Made by a program: the position numbers and the translations under genes. From positions 3,652,863 through 3,716,862 of the forward strand of contig BFEA01000009.1 in assembly GCA_003427395.1 (NCBI GenBank): a DNA stretch of 64,000 bases, written 5' to 3'. Origin of the DNA: Chara braunii (lineage: Eukaryota; Plantae; Charophyceae). Shown one piece after another: positions 63,796 through 64,000 of the stretch; the stretch's first letter is position 1, and each line of letters begins with the position of its first letter. The notes under the pieces were generated by a model, which saw only the letters and a list, made by a program, of their open reading frames with translations, did not search any database and was not told the origin of the DNA.

Positions 63796-64000
63796 CCGCG
63801 CTTTCATTGAACGCGCGTTCCACGTTCGGGTTTTGAACGCACTGAACGCGCGTTCAGTGAACGCCGATAAACGCGATTGACGCGTTTGCGCAGGGGGTTG
63901 TGCGGGGTGGGGGGGCCTGCGGGGAGCGGCGGCGATGTTTGGGGAGCCTGTGGGTGAAGGGCAAGGCGAAACGGGCTCAAAAAAAAAAAAAAAAAAACGG
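63796..64000. other. Start of an unrelated GC-rich insertion with repeated GAACGCGCGTTC palindromes (possible DNA-transposon end)
   Basis: Abrupt loss of LINE homology; perfect 20-bp palindrome at 63840-63859. Confidence 0.4.

Overview
Repeat-dense eukaryotic window made almost entirely of nested, mostly degenerate retrotransposons, with assembly N-gaps and no recognisable host gene. The style resembles the charophyte alga Chara, which is inference only. From left to right: (A) the 5' part of a large minus-strand Ty3/Gypsy element carrying four tandem, mutually homologous accessory ORFs; micro-, mini- and ~172-bp satellites; (B) a related Gypsy element with two of the same accessory ORFs upstream of gag-PR-RT-RH-IN; (C) a chimeric segment joining an LTR, a tRNA-Asp PBS and a gag-like region to a chromovirus integrase/chromodomain and a different LTR; a long LTR-like non-coding block containing an array of ~18 hairpins with a nearly invariant ATAAGTT loop; LTR and chromovirus remnants; a ~11-kb L1/Tx1-type LINE (minus) interrupted by a short polyA retrocopy (10-bp TSD) and by (D) a full-length chromovirus (45713-55839, TSD CAGTA); and a second LINE RT fragment. 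The best candidates for undescribed systems are the four-paralog accessory cassette with splice-acceptor-like motifs before its ORFs and before gag, and the array of hairpins with compensating stems.
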